Source: a virus
Lineage: Duplodnaviria; Caudoviricetes
DNA length: 28,117 nt
IMG/VR virus record: IMGVR_UViG_3300033067_001678
Location: 1-28,117 of that record
Strand: one strand, 5' to 3'
Shown here piece by piece: positions 1-7,877 of this stretch. The position numbers and the translations under genes are program-made. The notes beneath the pieces are model-generated. The model saw nothing but the letters and a program-made list of their open reading frames with translations. It made no database searches and was not told the DNA's origin. Position 1 is the stretch's first letter; every line of letters starts with the position of its first letter.

Positions 1-115
1 TGAGGGGTTAGAAGTGTTTACTAATCAGTGATAAGCGACCACCAAAAAGCAATCAGCTACCACCAATTAAGGGTAGCTAAAAACGAATGAGAATTAAGGG
101 GTTAGAGCAATTCGG

Positions 116-994
116 GTGCAAAATTTTATAGAAGACATTAAAGTTTTTAGAGGTTTAGAGATAAAAGCCAAGCACCGCGCAGGCTTCAGGCCTATTGCAG
201 ACAATTGTGGCACTGGTGGAGACGGGAGAAATACTTTTAATATTTCTACAGCAGCAGCCCTGATCGCGGCTGGAGCTGGAGCCAAAATTGCTAAGCATGG
301 GAATAGATCAGCCACTTCCAAGTGTGGCAGCGCAGACGTTCTTGAGGCGTTAGGGGTAAAAATCGACGCTTCAGAAAATAAGGTTTGGGGGAGTGTTATT
401 AAGGCAGGATTCGGATTTTATTTCGCTCCATTGTATCATCCAAAGTTCAAGGCTGTAGCTCCGGAACGGTCTGAATTAAAAAATAAAACAAAATTTAATA
501 TTCTTGGGCCTTTTTTAAATCCAGCTCATGTGAAAAGGCAGTTAATCGGAGTATCTGAAGAGCGCATGATGGGACTTTTTAAAAAAGCATTGTTTCGTTT
601 GCGTTATAGGCGAGCAATGGTTGTTTGCGGAGGAGATGGCTTTGATGAAATCACTTTAACCACTTTTACAAATGTAATGGGATTTGATCTCAAAAAAGGT
701 TGTTTGCGAGATTTTAGATATAGAATTGATCCAGAAGAATTTGGTTTTAAGATTTGTTCTGAGAAAGATCTTGAAGGTGGGTCTCCCTCATTTAATGCTC
801 AAATTATTACGAATATTTTAGATGGAGAACTTGGCCCTAAAAGAGACGCTTGTGTCCTTAATGGTGCAGCAACCCTTTGGGTGGCTGGAGTTGTTGAAGA
901 CCTTGAAGATGGAGTGCGACGGTGCATTGATGCGATTAATTCGGGTAAAGCTAAGGAAACTTTAAAAAAAGTTGTAGAAATAACAAATTCTTAA
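116..994 (+). CDS. trpD: Anthranilate phosphoribosyltransferase (TrpD) catalytic domain, N-terminal helical domain missing
   Basis: Motifs DNCGTGGDG, NISTAAA, KHGNRS, SKCGSADVLEALG, FNILGPFLNP and GFDEIT are present. GTG start; an in-frame TAA at 95-97 blocks any N-terminal extension. Confidence 0.92.
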   Translation: MQNFIEDIKVFRGLEIKAKHRAGFRPIADNCGTGGDGRNTFNISTAAALIAAGAGAKIAKHGNRSATSKCGSADVLEALGVKIDASENKVWGSVIKAGFGFYFAPLYHPKFKAVAPERSELKNKTKFNILGPFLNPAHVKRQLIGVSEERMMGLFKKALFRLRYRRAMVVCGGDGFDEITLTTFTNVMGFDLKKGCLRDFRYRIDPEEFGFKICSEKDLEGGSPSFNAQIITNILDGELGPKRDACVLNGAATLWVAGVVEDLEDGVRRCIDAINSGKAKETLKKVVEITNS

Positions 995-1007
995 AAATAC
1001 ATTTAAA

Positions 1008-1229
1008 ATGTTTCAAGAATTTATCGACAAGCTGTCTAACAAATTTCCAGGTTACCATCTGGAGATTGAAATCTACCCAAAGGGAGGCAAGATCATTGCT
1101 TCCAGTTGCGAAGAATGCGGGACTAAAAACGGAATGTATATTTCGGCATGGAAATGTGGTGAGAAGGTTCAGTCACTGGATGACGCAATTGTTGATTTAA
1201 AGGGAATGTTCATGACGGTAGCGTCTTAG
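1008..1229 (+). CDS. Hypothetical protein, 73 aa (CEEC motif)
   Basis: ATG ORF starting 13 bp after the trpD stop; no family recognised. Confidence 0.6.
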   Translation: MFQEFIDKLSNKFPGYHLEIEIYPKGGKIIASSCEECGTKNGMYISAWKCGEKVQSLDDAIVDLKGMFMTVAS

Positions 1230-1252
1230 TATAAGATTTTTCAAAATACTTT

Positions 1253-1282
1253 TTGACATTTTAGGAATTTTACCACTATATT
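1253..1282 (+). promoter_or_regulatory. Sigma70-type promoter, candidate late promoter
   Basis: TTGACA at 1253-1258, 18-bp spacer, TATATT at 1277-1282, in the intergenic gap upstream of the long + strand operon. Confidence 0.7.
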
Positions 1283-1305
1283 TACAGCAAGTAGAGTTGC
1301 GTCTG

Positions 1306-1339
1306 AAGCCTGTAAAATGTTTTAGTTTGCGGGCTTTTT
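1306..1339 (+). terminator. Intrinsic terminator-like hairpin in the late leader
   Basis: AAGCCTGTAAA (1306-1316) pairs with TTTGCGGGCTT (1326-1336), 11 bp with two G-U pairs, running into a T tract. Confidence 0.6.
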
Positions 1340-1356
1340 GCGTTTAAGGAGCAAAA

Positions 1357-1752
1357 GTGGCAACCCCTGAGAAGATTGAGTTTTTAGAAAAGCACAAAGA
1401 GATCTTAGCCCCAATCATCGAAAGAGAGAACGCGAGGAGATCGCGGCGTAGTCTTCCGATCCTCTCTGAAGCAGAGATCGACTCGGGGCTTGATCAGATC
1501 ATGAAGATTGAGGCCTCAGGGAAGGATTTTTCGACCTATCGTTTCCCTCCTCCCATGAGCGGGGTCTCAATCCCCCAAAAAGAGGCAAAACCCTCACTTG
1601 AGTCGGGAAAGACCGGAATCGTTTTTGAGGTTCAGAAATGTGAGAACGGGTTTCTCATGGTGAGTGGGGGAGTTCAGTATATTTTCAGGACTCCCAAAGA
1701 ATTGATGGGGATATTATCGGGGGTAGTTTTTGGAGAAAAAAGTAAAGCTTAA
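1357..1752 (+). CDS. Hypothetical protein, 131 aa
   Basis: GTG start with AAGGAG at 1346-1351; first gene after the leader. Confidence 0.7.
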   Translation: MATPEKIEFLEKHKEILAPIIERENARRSRRSLPILSEAEIDSGLDQIMKIEASGKDFSTYRFPPPMSGVSIPQKEAKPSLESGKTGIVFEVQKCENGFLMVSGGVQYIFRTPKELMGILSGVVFGEKSKA

Positions 1753-1951
1753 ATCCTCGAATTGTCAATTTTGTGGGATCAAAATCTATTCTAAGGCCCC
1801 GTCCGAAACTGTTTCGGTTGTCAATGATAAAAAAAGAGAGAAAATAAAATATTTTTATGGGACTACTGGATGGATTGGAGGGTTTCGATTTTGCTCATTT
1901 TGTGAGATTAATCGTAGGCTTTGGGGTTTGTATGATCGTGTGAGATTATGA
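1730..1951 (+). CDS. Possible small zinc-binding protein (CQFC...CSFC) that contains the left inverted repeat
   Basis: Fills the gap before terS; its TGA overlaps the terS ATG (ATGA at 1948-1951); two CxxC motifs. Confidence 0.4.
   Translation: MEKKVKLKSSNCQFCGIKIYSKAPSETVSVVNDKKREKIKYFYGTTGWIGGFRFCSFCEINRRLWGLYDRVRL
1802..1889 (-). repeat. Left copy of an ~88-bp inverted repeat (partner 25747-25835)
   Basis: 1802-1856 is the exact reverse complement of 25781-25835 (55 bp). After a short diverged patch with a 1-bp indel, 1863-1889 matches 25747-25773 at 26/27. Confidence 0.95.
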
Positions 1952-2370
1952 AAAACAAAGGTGGTCGACCGACGAAGATGACTCCCGAGGTTCAGCAAGA
2001 GATACTAGACAAAATTGTTGAGGGGAGATCTCTTGTAAAGATTCTGAGCTCATCGGACAAATATCCTGAGTATACAAATTTTTGTAAATTCTTGGATTCT
2101 AACGAAGAGTTTCGTCAGAAATACGTGCGCGCGAAGGAAGATCAGGCGGATTATCTCGCAGATGACATCATGGACATCGCTGATGATGCGGATCCTGAGA
2201 ATGTCCAAGTTGCTAAACTTAGGGTGGATACGCGTAAATGGATTGCGTCAAAACTTAAGCCTAAAAAATATGGTGATAAGATGTTTAATGAACATGGCGG
2301 GCTTGATGGAAAGCCAATAGATTTAAATTTGATTCTTACGGATGCTATCAATAAAGCCTACGCTAAGTAG
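1948..2370 (+). CDS. terS: Terminase small subunit (Sf6/P22-like)
   Basis: N-terminal GGRPTK..PE, then FRQKYVRAKEDQADYLADDIMDIAD and KLRVDTRKWIASKLKPKKYGDK; directly upstream of terL. Confidence 0.92.
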   Translation: MKNKGGRPTKMTPEVQQEILDKIVEGRSLVKILSSSDKYPEYTNFCKFLDSNEEFRQKYVRAKEDQADYLADDIMDIADDADPENVQVAKLRVDTRKWIASKLKPKKYGDKMFNEHGGLDGKPIDLNLILTDAINKAYAK

Positions 2371-3838
2371 TACGGCGGTTTCAAATTTCCTTGATCAAGC
2401 TACAAAGGCAGGATGTCCAAAAGATCAGATAGAAAATTTTCTAAACAGTGGTTACGTACCTCAACCCAAACAACTTTTATTCCACTCAGCAGCCAGAATA
2501 GCTGATCTTGATGATGGCCCTGACGAAATAGGATTTGGTGGATCGCGTGGCCCTGGAAAGTCTCATGCGCTATTTGCGCAAATGGTTTTAGATGATTGTA
2601 AAAGGTTCCCTGGCCTTAAATGTCTCTATCTTAGAAAGATAGGAAAGCAGGCTAAAGAACAGCTTGAAGATTTACGATTAAGCGTCCTTTTCGCAACACC
2701 TCACAAATACAATCGTCATGAAGGAATTATAGTTCTTGAAGAGAGTCGTTCTCGCGTCCTCTTAGGGCATTTCAAAGACGAGAAAGACATCGAGTCTTAC
2801 CTAGGCTTGCAATACGATTTGATCGTCATTGAAGAAGCCACAACTCTTTCCATCGATAAATACAAAGCGCTTAGAGACTCAAACAGAACGAGTAAGCTGG
2901 GCTGGCGTCCCAGGATTTATAACAGCACGAATCCAGGGGGGCGGGGCCATGTTTGGTATAAAAAGCGGTTCGTTGTCCCTTGGCGGACACAATCCGAAAA
3001 ATACACTCGTTTTATTCCAGCGACGCTAGACGATAATAAATTCATCGATAGTGGTTACAAAAGAAGAGTTGAGGAAAACACAGGGTGGAAATTAAAAGCC
3101 TACCGTTATGGCGATTGGGACATCGCTGCAGGGCAATACTTCGATATTTGGAACCCTGAAATTCACATCTTACCAATTAGTTACGAAATCCAGCCTTGGT
3201 GGAATAGGTTTGGAGGATACGATCATGGCCACAACCACCCATACGTCTTTGGCGCATATGCAGTCGATGGGGATGGTAACGTTGTTAAGTACGCTGAGTG
3301 TGGCGATCGTGGTCGAAAGCCTGATCAAATTGCTGGAGAGATTTTTAAAGCAGCTCCGGATGCTAAGAAAATGTCCATTTGGGCTGGTCATGATTTGTGG
3401 ACGAAAGGTCGGGATGGTTCCCCAGAGATAGTGGAGCAGTTTAGACCGTACGGGCTTAATTTTATTAAAGCTCATATCAATCGAAAGACTGGGGCAGATC
3501 AACTTAGAAACTATCTTGATTGGCGGGCCGATGATGAAGGGAATATCATCAAGCCCCCTAAATTTTTTATAAAAGCAAATTGTGTAAGAACAATCGAACA
3601 GCTTCCTGCAATGATTCATGATGAAGATGATATTGAAGATGTTTTGAAGGTTGATGCAACCGAAGACGATGTTTGGGCAGGGGACGATGCTTACGATGAA
3701 ACGCGTTATGCACTTATGAGCCGTCCTAGAATTTCAAAAGAGAAAACTGATTTAGCCGGATGGGGCACCTACGGATGGTTCTTTGAGAAAAACAAACGAT
3801 TAGAAAAAGGATTGAGCAACGGCAAGCTTCGTACATGA
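2342..3838 (+). CDS. terL: Terminase large subunit
   Basis: Walker A GGSRGPGKS, Walker B IVIEEAT, coupling motif STNPGG, nuclease acidic motifs GYDHG and DDAYDETRY. Confidence 0.95.
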   Translation: MLSIKPTLSSTAVSNFLDQATKAGCPKDQIENFLNSGYVPQPKQLLFHSAARIADLDDGPDEIGFGGSRGPGKSHALFAQMVLDDCKRFPGLKCLYLRKIGKQAKEQLEDLRLSVLFATPHKYNRHEGIIVLEESRSRVLLGHFKDEKDIESYLGLQYDLIVIEEATTLSIDKYKALRDSNRTSKLGWRPRIYNSTNPGGRGHVWYKKRFVVPWRTQSEKYTRFIPATLDDNKFIDSGYKRRVEENTGWKLKAYRYGDWDIAAGQYFDIWNPEIHILPISYEIQPWWNRFGGYDHGHNHPYVFGAYAVDGDGNVVKYAECGDRGRKPDQIAGEIFKAAPDAKKMSIWAGHDLWTKGRDGSPEIVEQFRPYGLNFIKAHINRKTGADQLRNYLDWRADDEGNIIKPPKFFIKANCVRTIEQLPAMIHDEDDIEDVLKVDATEDDVWAGDDAYDETRYALMSRPRISKEKTDLAGWGTYGWFFEKNKRLEKGLSNGKLRT

Positions 3839-6063
3839 AACAAGACAGCGATGAGATGACGGAGGAAGCTCCTCCGCCTGAGAATTTGAGATCGATTGAA
3901 GAAAAGATTTTGGCAGGTCAGAGGTGGGTGAAGCAGGGGCATTACACCAAAAAAGATGCTCGTTGGGAGCAGTGGAAGAAAAACCAAAAGTATCTGCGTT
4001 GCATTTGGGATGACGACTGGGCGAAGAACCAGTTCACCACGTTCAACGTCAACTCGATCTATTCGAATTTCCACACCAAGAAGCCGACTCTTTATTTCAA
4101 AAACCCAAGAATCAACGTGGTGCCGACGAAGCCGGAGTTCACTCGGGATTTGCAAGGCAACCCTGTGCTTGATGAAAACGGAAATCCTGTTTTGGTCGAT
4201 AACTACAACGCGGCAAAGCTCCTCGCTGTTAAGATCAATTACGAGCTGAAAGAGATTGGATTCAAAGAAGTCCTCAAGAGCTTAATCGGCGACAACCTTT
4301 GTCCGTTTGGTGTTGGCTGGATCAAGTGGGGATTTCAAACCCTGACAGCCAGCGGGCACTCGAACCAGAGAGACAGGAAGCTTTCCTACTGGTGCCAGCG
4401 GGTCGACCCCAGAAATATCGTTTACGACTGGATGGCGACCTCGATGGACGATTGCAAGTGGATCGCCGAAAGGTTGTACCTTACTCGCAAGCAGTGTGAA
4501 GACTTAGGTTTCAAAATTCCTGAAGGCTACGTTTGTTCTCTCCCCGAGTTTATGAAGGATAGGCACGACTCGGCGGCGAACGGGACAAAGGGTGAGGCTT
4601 CGGATCTTGTCGTCATTTGGGAATACCACGACCTCATGGCGGGAACGATTGGATGGTATTTGATCGCCGATAAAACGGGTGGAATCACTAGCGAGCTTAA
4701 ACCTCCACAAGAAAGCGGTTACCCGTTTGATGGGGCCTCTTACGAGCCGCTTGTCATCGATAAAGACTCCGACGACATCATAGGTCTTTCTGACGTTGAG
4801 CCGATTGAAGATCAAGCGTTGGCGATCAACCGAATGCGCTCGATGGAAGTGAAGCATATCGACAATTTCGGAACGACCGTTGTCGTTGAAGAGGGCTACC
4901 TCACGGAAAACGAGGAAGAGCGTTGGAAGAAAACGCCGTTCGGTGGGTTTATCAAGGTCAAAGAGGGGGGCATCGGAAAGGTGCAAATTTCCACTCCTCC
5001 GACTCTAGGAAACGACCATTATCGAATGAGTGAGGTCCACAAGGACGATATCCGAACCACTCTCGGGATCACTGAGTTTCAACAGGGCTCATCGGGAAGC
5101 GCAAACACCAAGGCGACAATCGGTAACATCGTTCAAAACTCTTCGAATATCCGAATCGAGGAGCAAAGAGACGTTATCTATGATTTCGTGATCAATTGTG
5201 TGCGAAAGCTTGCCGCAATGATTCAGGAGTTTTCGAAAGAAAACGAATACCTGAATCTGAAAGACGAGGTTTTAGAAGAAGACTACGTCGGGGTTCTCAA
5301 GAAAGATTACGGGTTCAACCCAAAAATCCCATTCTTGAAAATGTCTAAAAAAGACATTCAAGGGGAATTTAATTTCGAGTTTAATATTGAGGACATGATC
5401 GTCCGCCCGAAGGAAGTTCAGTTACAGCAACTAACGAACTTGCTCGGGGTTATCGGCTCAAACCCTTTGATGATGCAGGCGGTTGGAGAAGAAGACATCT
5501 CGATGGGTAAGGTTGTCAAAAAGCTGTTTGAGCTTGCGAGCGTGGACATTGAGGAATTCAAGAAAGGTGGCCCCGCCATGCTTTCCCCTCAACAGGAAAA
5601 TCAGATGTTCTTGAACGGGATGGAAGTCCCCGAGCCACACCGAAAAGACCACGACGACGAACACATTTTAGCGCACATGCCGGTACTCCAGCAGATTGAA
5701 GGTAAACTTCAAGAGGGCACTGGGCACGTTCAGGCATTGCAACAACAGATTCAGCAGCTCACGCAGGCGGCACAACCTCAGGCCGACCCTTCTGGGATGA
5801 TGGCTCCTCAGACCCCAGATCCTAGAATTCAACAGATGATTCAGCAGCTCACTCAACAGGTGCAGCAATTAACGATGGCTCTTCAACCTTTGGAGCAAAA
5901 GGCCAAGAAGTTGAGGTTGCATCTTCAGGCGCATGATCAGAACCAGAGTAAAAAGCAAGGAAGTCCATCCGGTGGGGTTGGTGGAATCACTGGAGCGGGA
6001 CAACCTCAGGGACAGCCATCGGCATCGATGCAGACTCAGATGCAAGCACAGATTGGGGCATGA
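3835..6063 (+). CDS. Portal protein (P22-like) with Gln-rich C-terminal coiled coil
   Basis: 742 aa, ATGA overlap with the terL stop, LGITEFQQG..TKAT motif, DHDDEHILAH motif and Q-rich tail. Confidence 0.88.
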   Translation: MKQDSDEMTEEAPPPENLRSIEEKILAGQRWVKQGHYTKKDARWEQWKKNQKYLRCIWDDDWAKNQFTTFNVNSIYSNFHTKKPTLYFKNPRINVVPTKPEFTRDLQGNPVLDENGNPVLVDNYNAAKLLAVKINYELKEIGFKEVLKSLIGDNLCPFGVGWIKWGFQTLTASGHSNQRDRKLSYWCQRVDPRNIVYDWMATSMDDCKWIAERLYLTRKQCEDLGFKIPEGYVCSLPEFMKDRHDSAANGTKGEASDLVVIWEYHDLMAGTIGWYLIADKTGGITSELKPPQESGYPFDGASYEPLVIDKDSDDIIGLSDVEPIEDQALAINRMRSMEVKHIDNFGTTVVVEEGYLTENEEERWKKTPFGGFIKVKEGGIGKVQISTPPTLGNDHYRMSEVHKDDIRTTLGITEFQQGSSGSANTKATIGNIVQNSSNIRIEEQRDVIYDFVINCVRKLAAMIQEFSKENEYLNLKDEVLEEDYVGVLKKDYGFNPKIPFLKMSKKDIQGEFNFEFNIEDMIVRPKEVQLQQLTNLLGVIGSNPLMMQAVGEEDISMGKVVKKLFELASVDIEEFKKGGPAMLSPQQENQMFLNGMEVPEPHRKDHDDEHILAHMPVLQQIEGKLQEGTGHVQALQQQIQQLTQAAQPQADPSGMMAPQTPDPRIQQMIQQLTQQVQQLTMALQPLEQKAKKLRLHLQAHDQNQSKKQGSPSGGVGGITGAGQPQGQPSASMQTQMQAQIGA

Positions 6064-6064
6064 A

Positions 6065-6310
6065 ATGAAGATGAAGTATTATGAGGAGCATAACCCAAGT
6101 ACCGGCTTTTTCTCTGTAGGGGTTAATGTCTCAGGAGTTTCTGACAAAGATTTTTTTAAAATTAAAAGGAGTGTCGTCGCAGACGATAAAGAGAGAGACC
6201 AAAACCTTTCACTTAATATTTGGCCGCACAACCCTTGCGATAATTCGGAATGCACGATTTGTGCACGGGTAAGAGCGTTTGATGCGAGGAAGAAAAATGC
6301 CAGTCTATAG
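6065..6310 (+). CDS. Hypothetical protein, 81 aa (HxxCxxxxCxxC)
   Basis: ATG at 6065 just after the portal stop, in the frame of track ORF 5933..6310; fills the gap to the next gene. Confidence 0.5.
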   Translation: MKMKYYEEHNPSTGFFSVGVNVSGVSDKDFFKIKRSVVADDKERDQNLSLNIWPHNPCDNSECTICARVRAFDARKKNASL

Positions 6311-6623
6311 CTACGAATGCCCATCAGGGCACGAATACGACCAGGTTTTACCCGTAAAGGATTACCAGAAAAAAACGAAGTGCCCCGATTGTAAGAAGGT
6401 CGGGAAGAAGCTCATCGTTTCAAGGCAAACAGAACCCAGTTTTTCAGACAAGCTTTACCCATACCTCGACCCAAACCTTGGGCGCGTTTGCGAGTCTCCG
6501 AAGCATCGAGAGCAGATTATGAACGAGATGGGCTTGCATTCTAAAGAGGGTGGGAGAAGCACGACTTTGAAGCAGGAACGGTACTTGATGCAGCATCGGG
6601 TGCATTTGAGGCCGCAGATTTAA
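6297..6623 (+). CDS. FmdB-family zinc-ribbon protein
   Basis: MPVYSYECPSGHEYD...KCPDCKK; GAGG upstream of ATG 6297; this family commonly follows the portal in phages. Confidence 0.8.
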   Translation: MPVYSYECPSGHEYDQVLPVKDYQKKTKCPDCKKVGKKLIVSRQTEPSFSDKLYPYLDPNLGRVCESPKHREQIMNEMGLHSKEGGRSTTLKQERYLMQHRVHLRPQI

Positions 6624-6647
6624 AATTTTGTTTTTTAACTTCATCAC

Positions 6648-6672
6648 AAGGTCGCCATTGGCGGCCTTTTTT
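6648..6672 (+). terminator. Intrinsic terminator
   Basis: AAGGTCGCC-ATT-GGCGGCCTT followed by a T tract. Confidence 0.7.
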
Positions 6673-6755
6673 ATTTGGTGAGCGCACAGTTACTAAAAGG
6701 ACGGGTTGCATCTTGCTCCGTTCGCTGATGCCAAAGCCAGCGAAAGGGAAAGTGT

Positions 6756-7679
6756 ATGCCAAGAGATCCGATTACAGCCGTAAAAGCAAGAGCACACGAA
6801 CAGTTTCGCGACTTAGTCGCTGATACGTTCGCTAAAATTCAAAAAGATCAGAGTATTTATTACGTCGGATCGGTCGACGGGAATAATGCGTTTTCTGGTC
6901 GTAAAGTTGCCAACCAAGTCGCCACCATGGCGCAGGCAATCAGACTGACTACCGCCAGCCGAGGCGATGTCATCCTCGTTTCTCCATTCCATACCGAGAC
7001 CATTACCGCAACTTTAACGCCTAAAGCTTCGACCATGATCAAAGGGTTAAAGGTCGGGAATAAACGCCCAAAACTCACAATCAACGGGGCAACCGATCTT
7101 TTCTCTTTGAGCGCGGCAAACGTTCAATTGAGCGGTCTCGAATTCGCAATTGCCACCACTGACGCAGCCACCGCCTTCGTGGACGTTTCGGGAGCCAATT
7201 GTCGATTGTCTGATTTGTACGCCGCTGACTGTTCGGCGGCAGCGGGTGTCAATGTCGTCGATACGATCACCATCGCTTCCGGTGCCAATGATCTTTTGAT
7301 TGAGGACGTTTCGTTCAGAAATACAACCACCGCAGTGAATTCGTTCCTCTCGATCGAAGCGGCTATCGCAAATTTGACGGTTAAGAATTCGTTCTTCTTC
7401 GGAGATGTCGCCACCGCTGGAATCATCGACGCAGCTACTGCTACTCAGCTCTATTTCGACAGTGTTCGAGTGGGTGTTGTCGGTACTACAAAGCCAGCAG
7501 CAACTCTGGACAGCAACCCGACTGGGTTCATTTGTAATTCGATGTTCTCAGGAACCCATGGAACTTTGGCAACCAACGCCAACCTTGGAAACGCGGTTCG
7601 GTTGTTTAACGTTTGGGTTCTTGAAGAGACTGACGGAAGCAAGCAGGGCGCGCAGATCCCAGCGGTTGACGTCGATTAA
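6756..7679 (+). CDS. Right-handed beta-helix (pectin-lyase-fold-like) protein, probably virion-associated
   Basis: Cap motif YYVGSVDGNNAFSG..ATMAQAI...RGDVILV followed by repeating beta strands (NVQLSGLEF, DLLIEDVSF, NLTVKNSFF). Confidence 0.65.
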   Translation: MPRDPITAVKARAHEQFRDLVADTFAKIQKDQSIYYVGSVDGNNAFSGRKVANQVATMAQAIRLTTASRGDVILVSPFHTETITATLTPKASTMIKGLKVGNKRPKLTINGATDLFSLSAANVQLSGLEFAIATTDAATAFVDVSGANCRLSDLYAADCSAAAGVNVVDTITIASGANDLLIEDVSFRNTTTAVNSFLSIEAAIANLTVKNSFFFGDVATAGIIDAATATQLYFDSVRVGVVGTTKPAATLDSNPTGFICNSMFSGTHGTLATNANLGNAVRLFNVWVLEETDGSKQGAQIPAVDVD

Positions 7680-7730
7680 AAACCATAAAATCGAAAGGGG
7701 TTTCTGTGAAAAAGAAAAGCGGAAAAAAGA

Positions 7731-7804
7731 AAAAGGGCTGTTAGTCCTTTTCATTCAATCAAGTTCAAGGGTCGGGGCCATTTTGGTCTCCGGCCCTTTT
7801 TTTT
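7731..7804 (+). terminator. Two tandem terminator-like hairpins
   Basis: AAAAGGGCT/AGTCCTTTT at 7731-7751, and AAGGGTCGG..GGCCA/TGGTC..CCGGCCCTT ending in a run of 8 T at 7767-7804. Confidence 0.7.
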
Positions 7805-7877
7805 ACCCAGTTTTTAACCTTCGTCTCATTTCGAGCGGAGACAAGCAGTCAACCCATACCATTTTGGAGGGGAAGTC

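Noticed and set aside
87-131. Short ORF MRIKGLEQFGCKIL as a trp leader peptide or frameshifted TrpD N-terminus
   Set aside because: It has no Trp codons and no resemblance to the TrpD N-terminal domain. The nearby hairpin at 55-78 lacks a + strand U tract.
5740-5860. Repeated ATTCAGCAGCTCAC in the portal 3' end
   Set aside because: Explained by the Gln-rich coiled coil (IQQLTQ twice).
6630-7828. Similar motifs GTTTTTTAACTTCATC (6630) and GTTTTTAACCTTCGTC (7810) as boxA-like antitermination sites
   Set aside because: Low complexity, only loosely like boxA, and one lies before a terminator while the other lies after.
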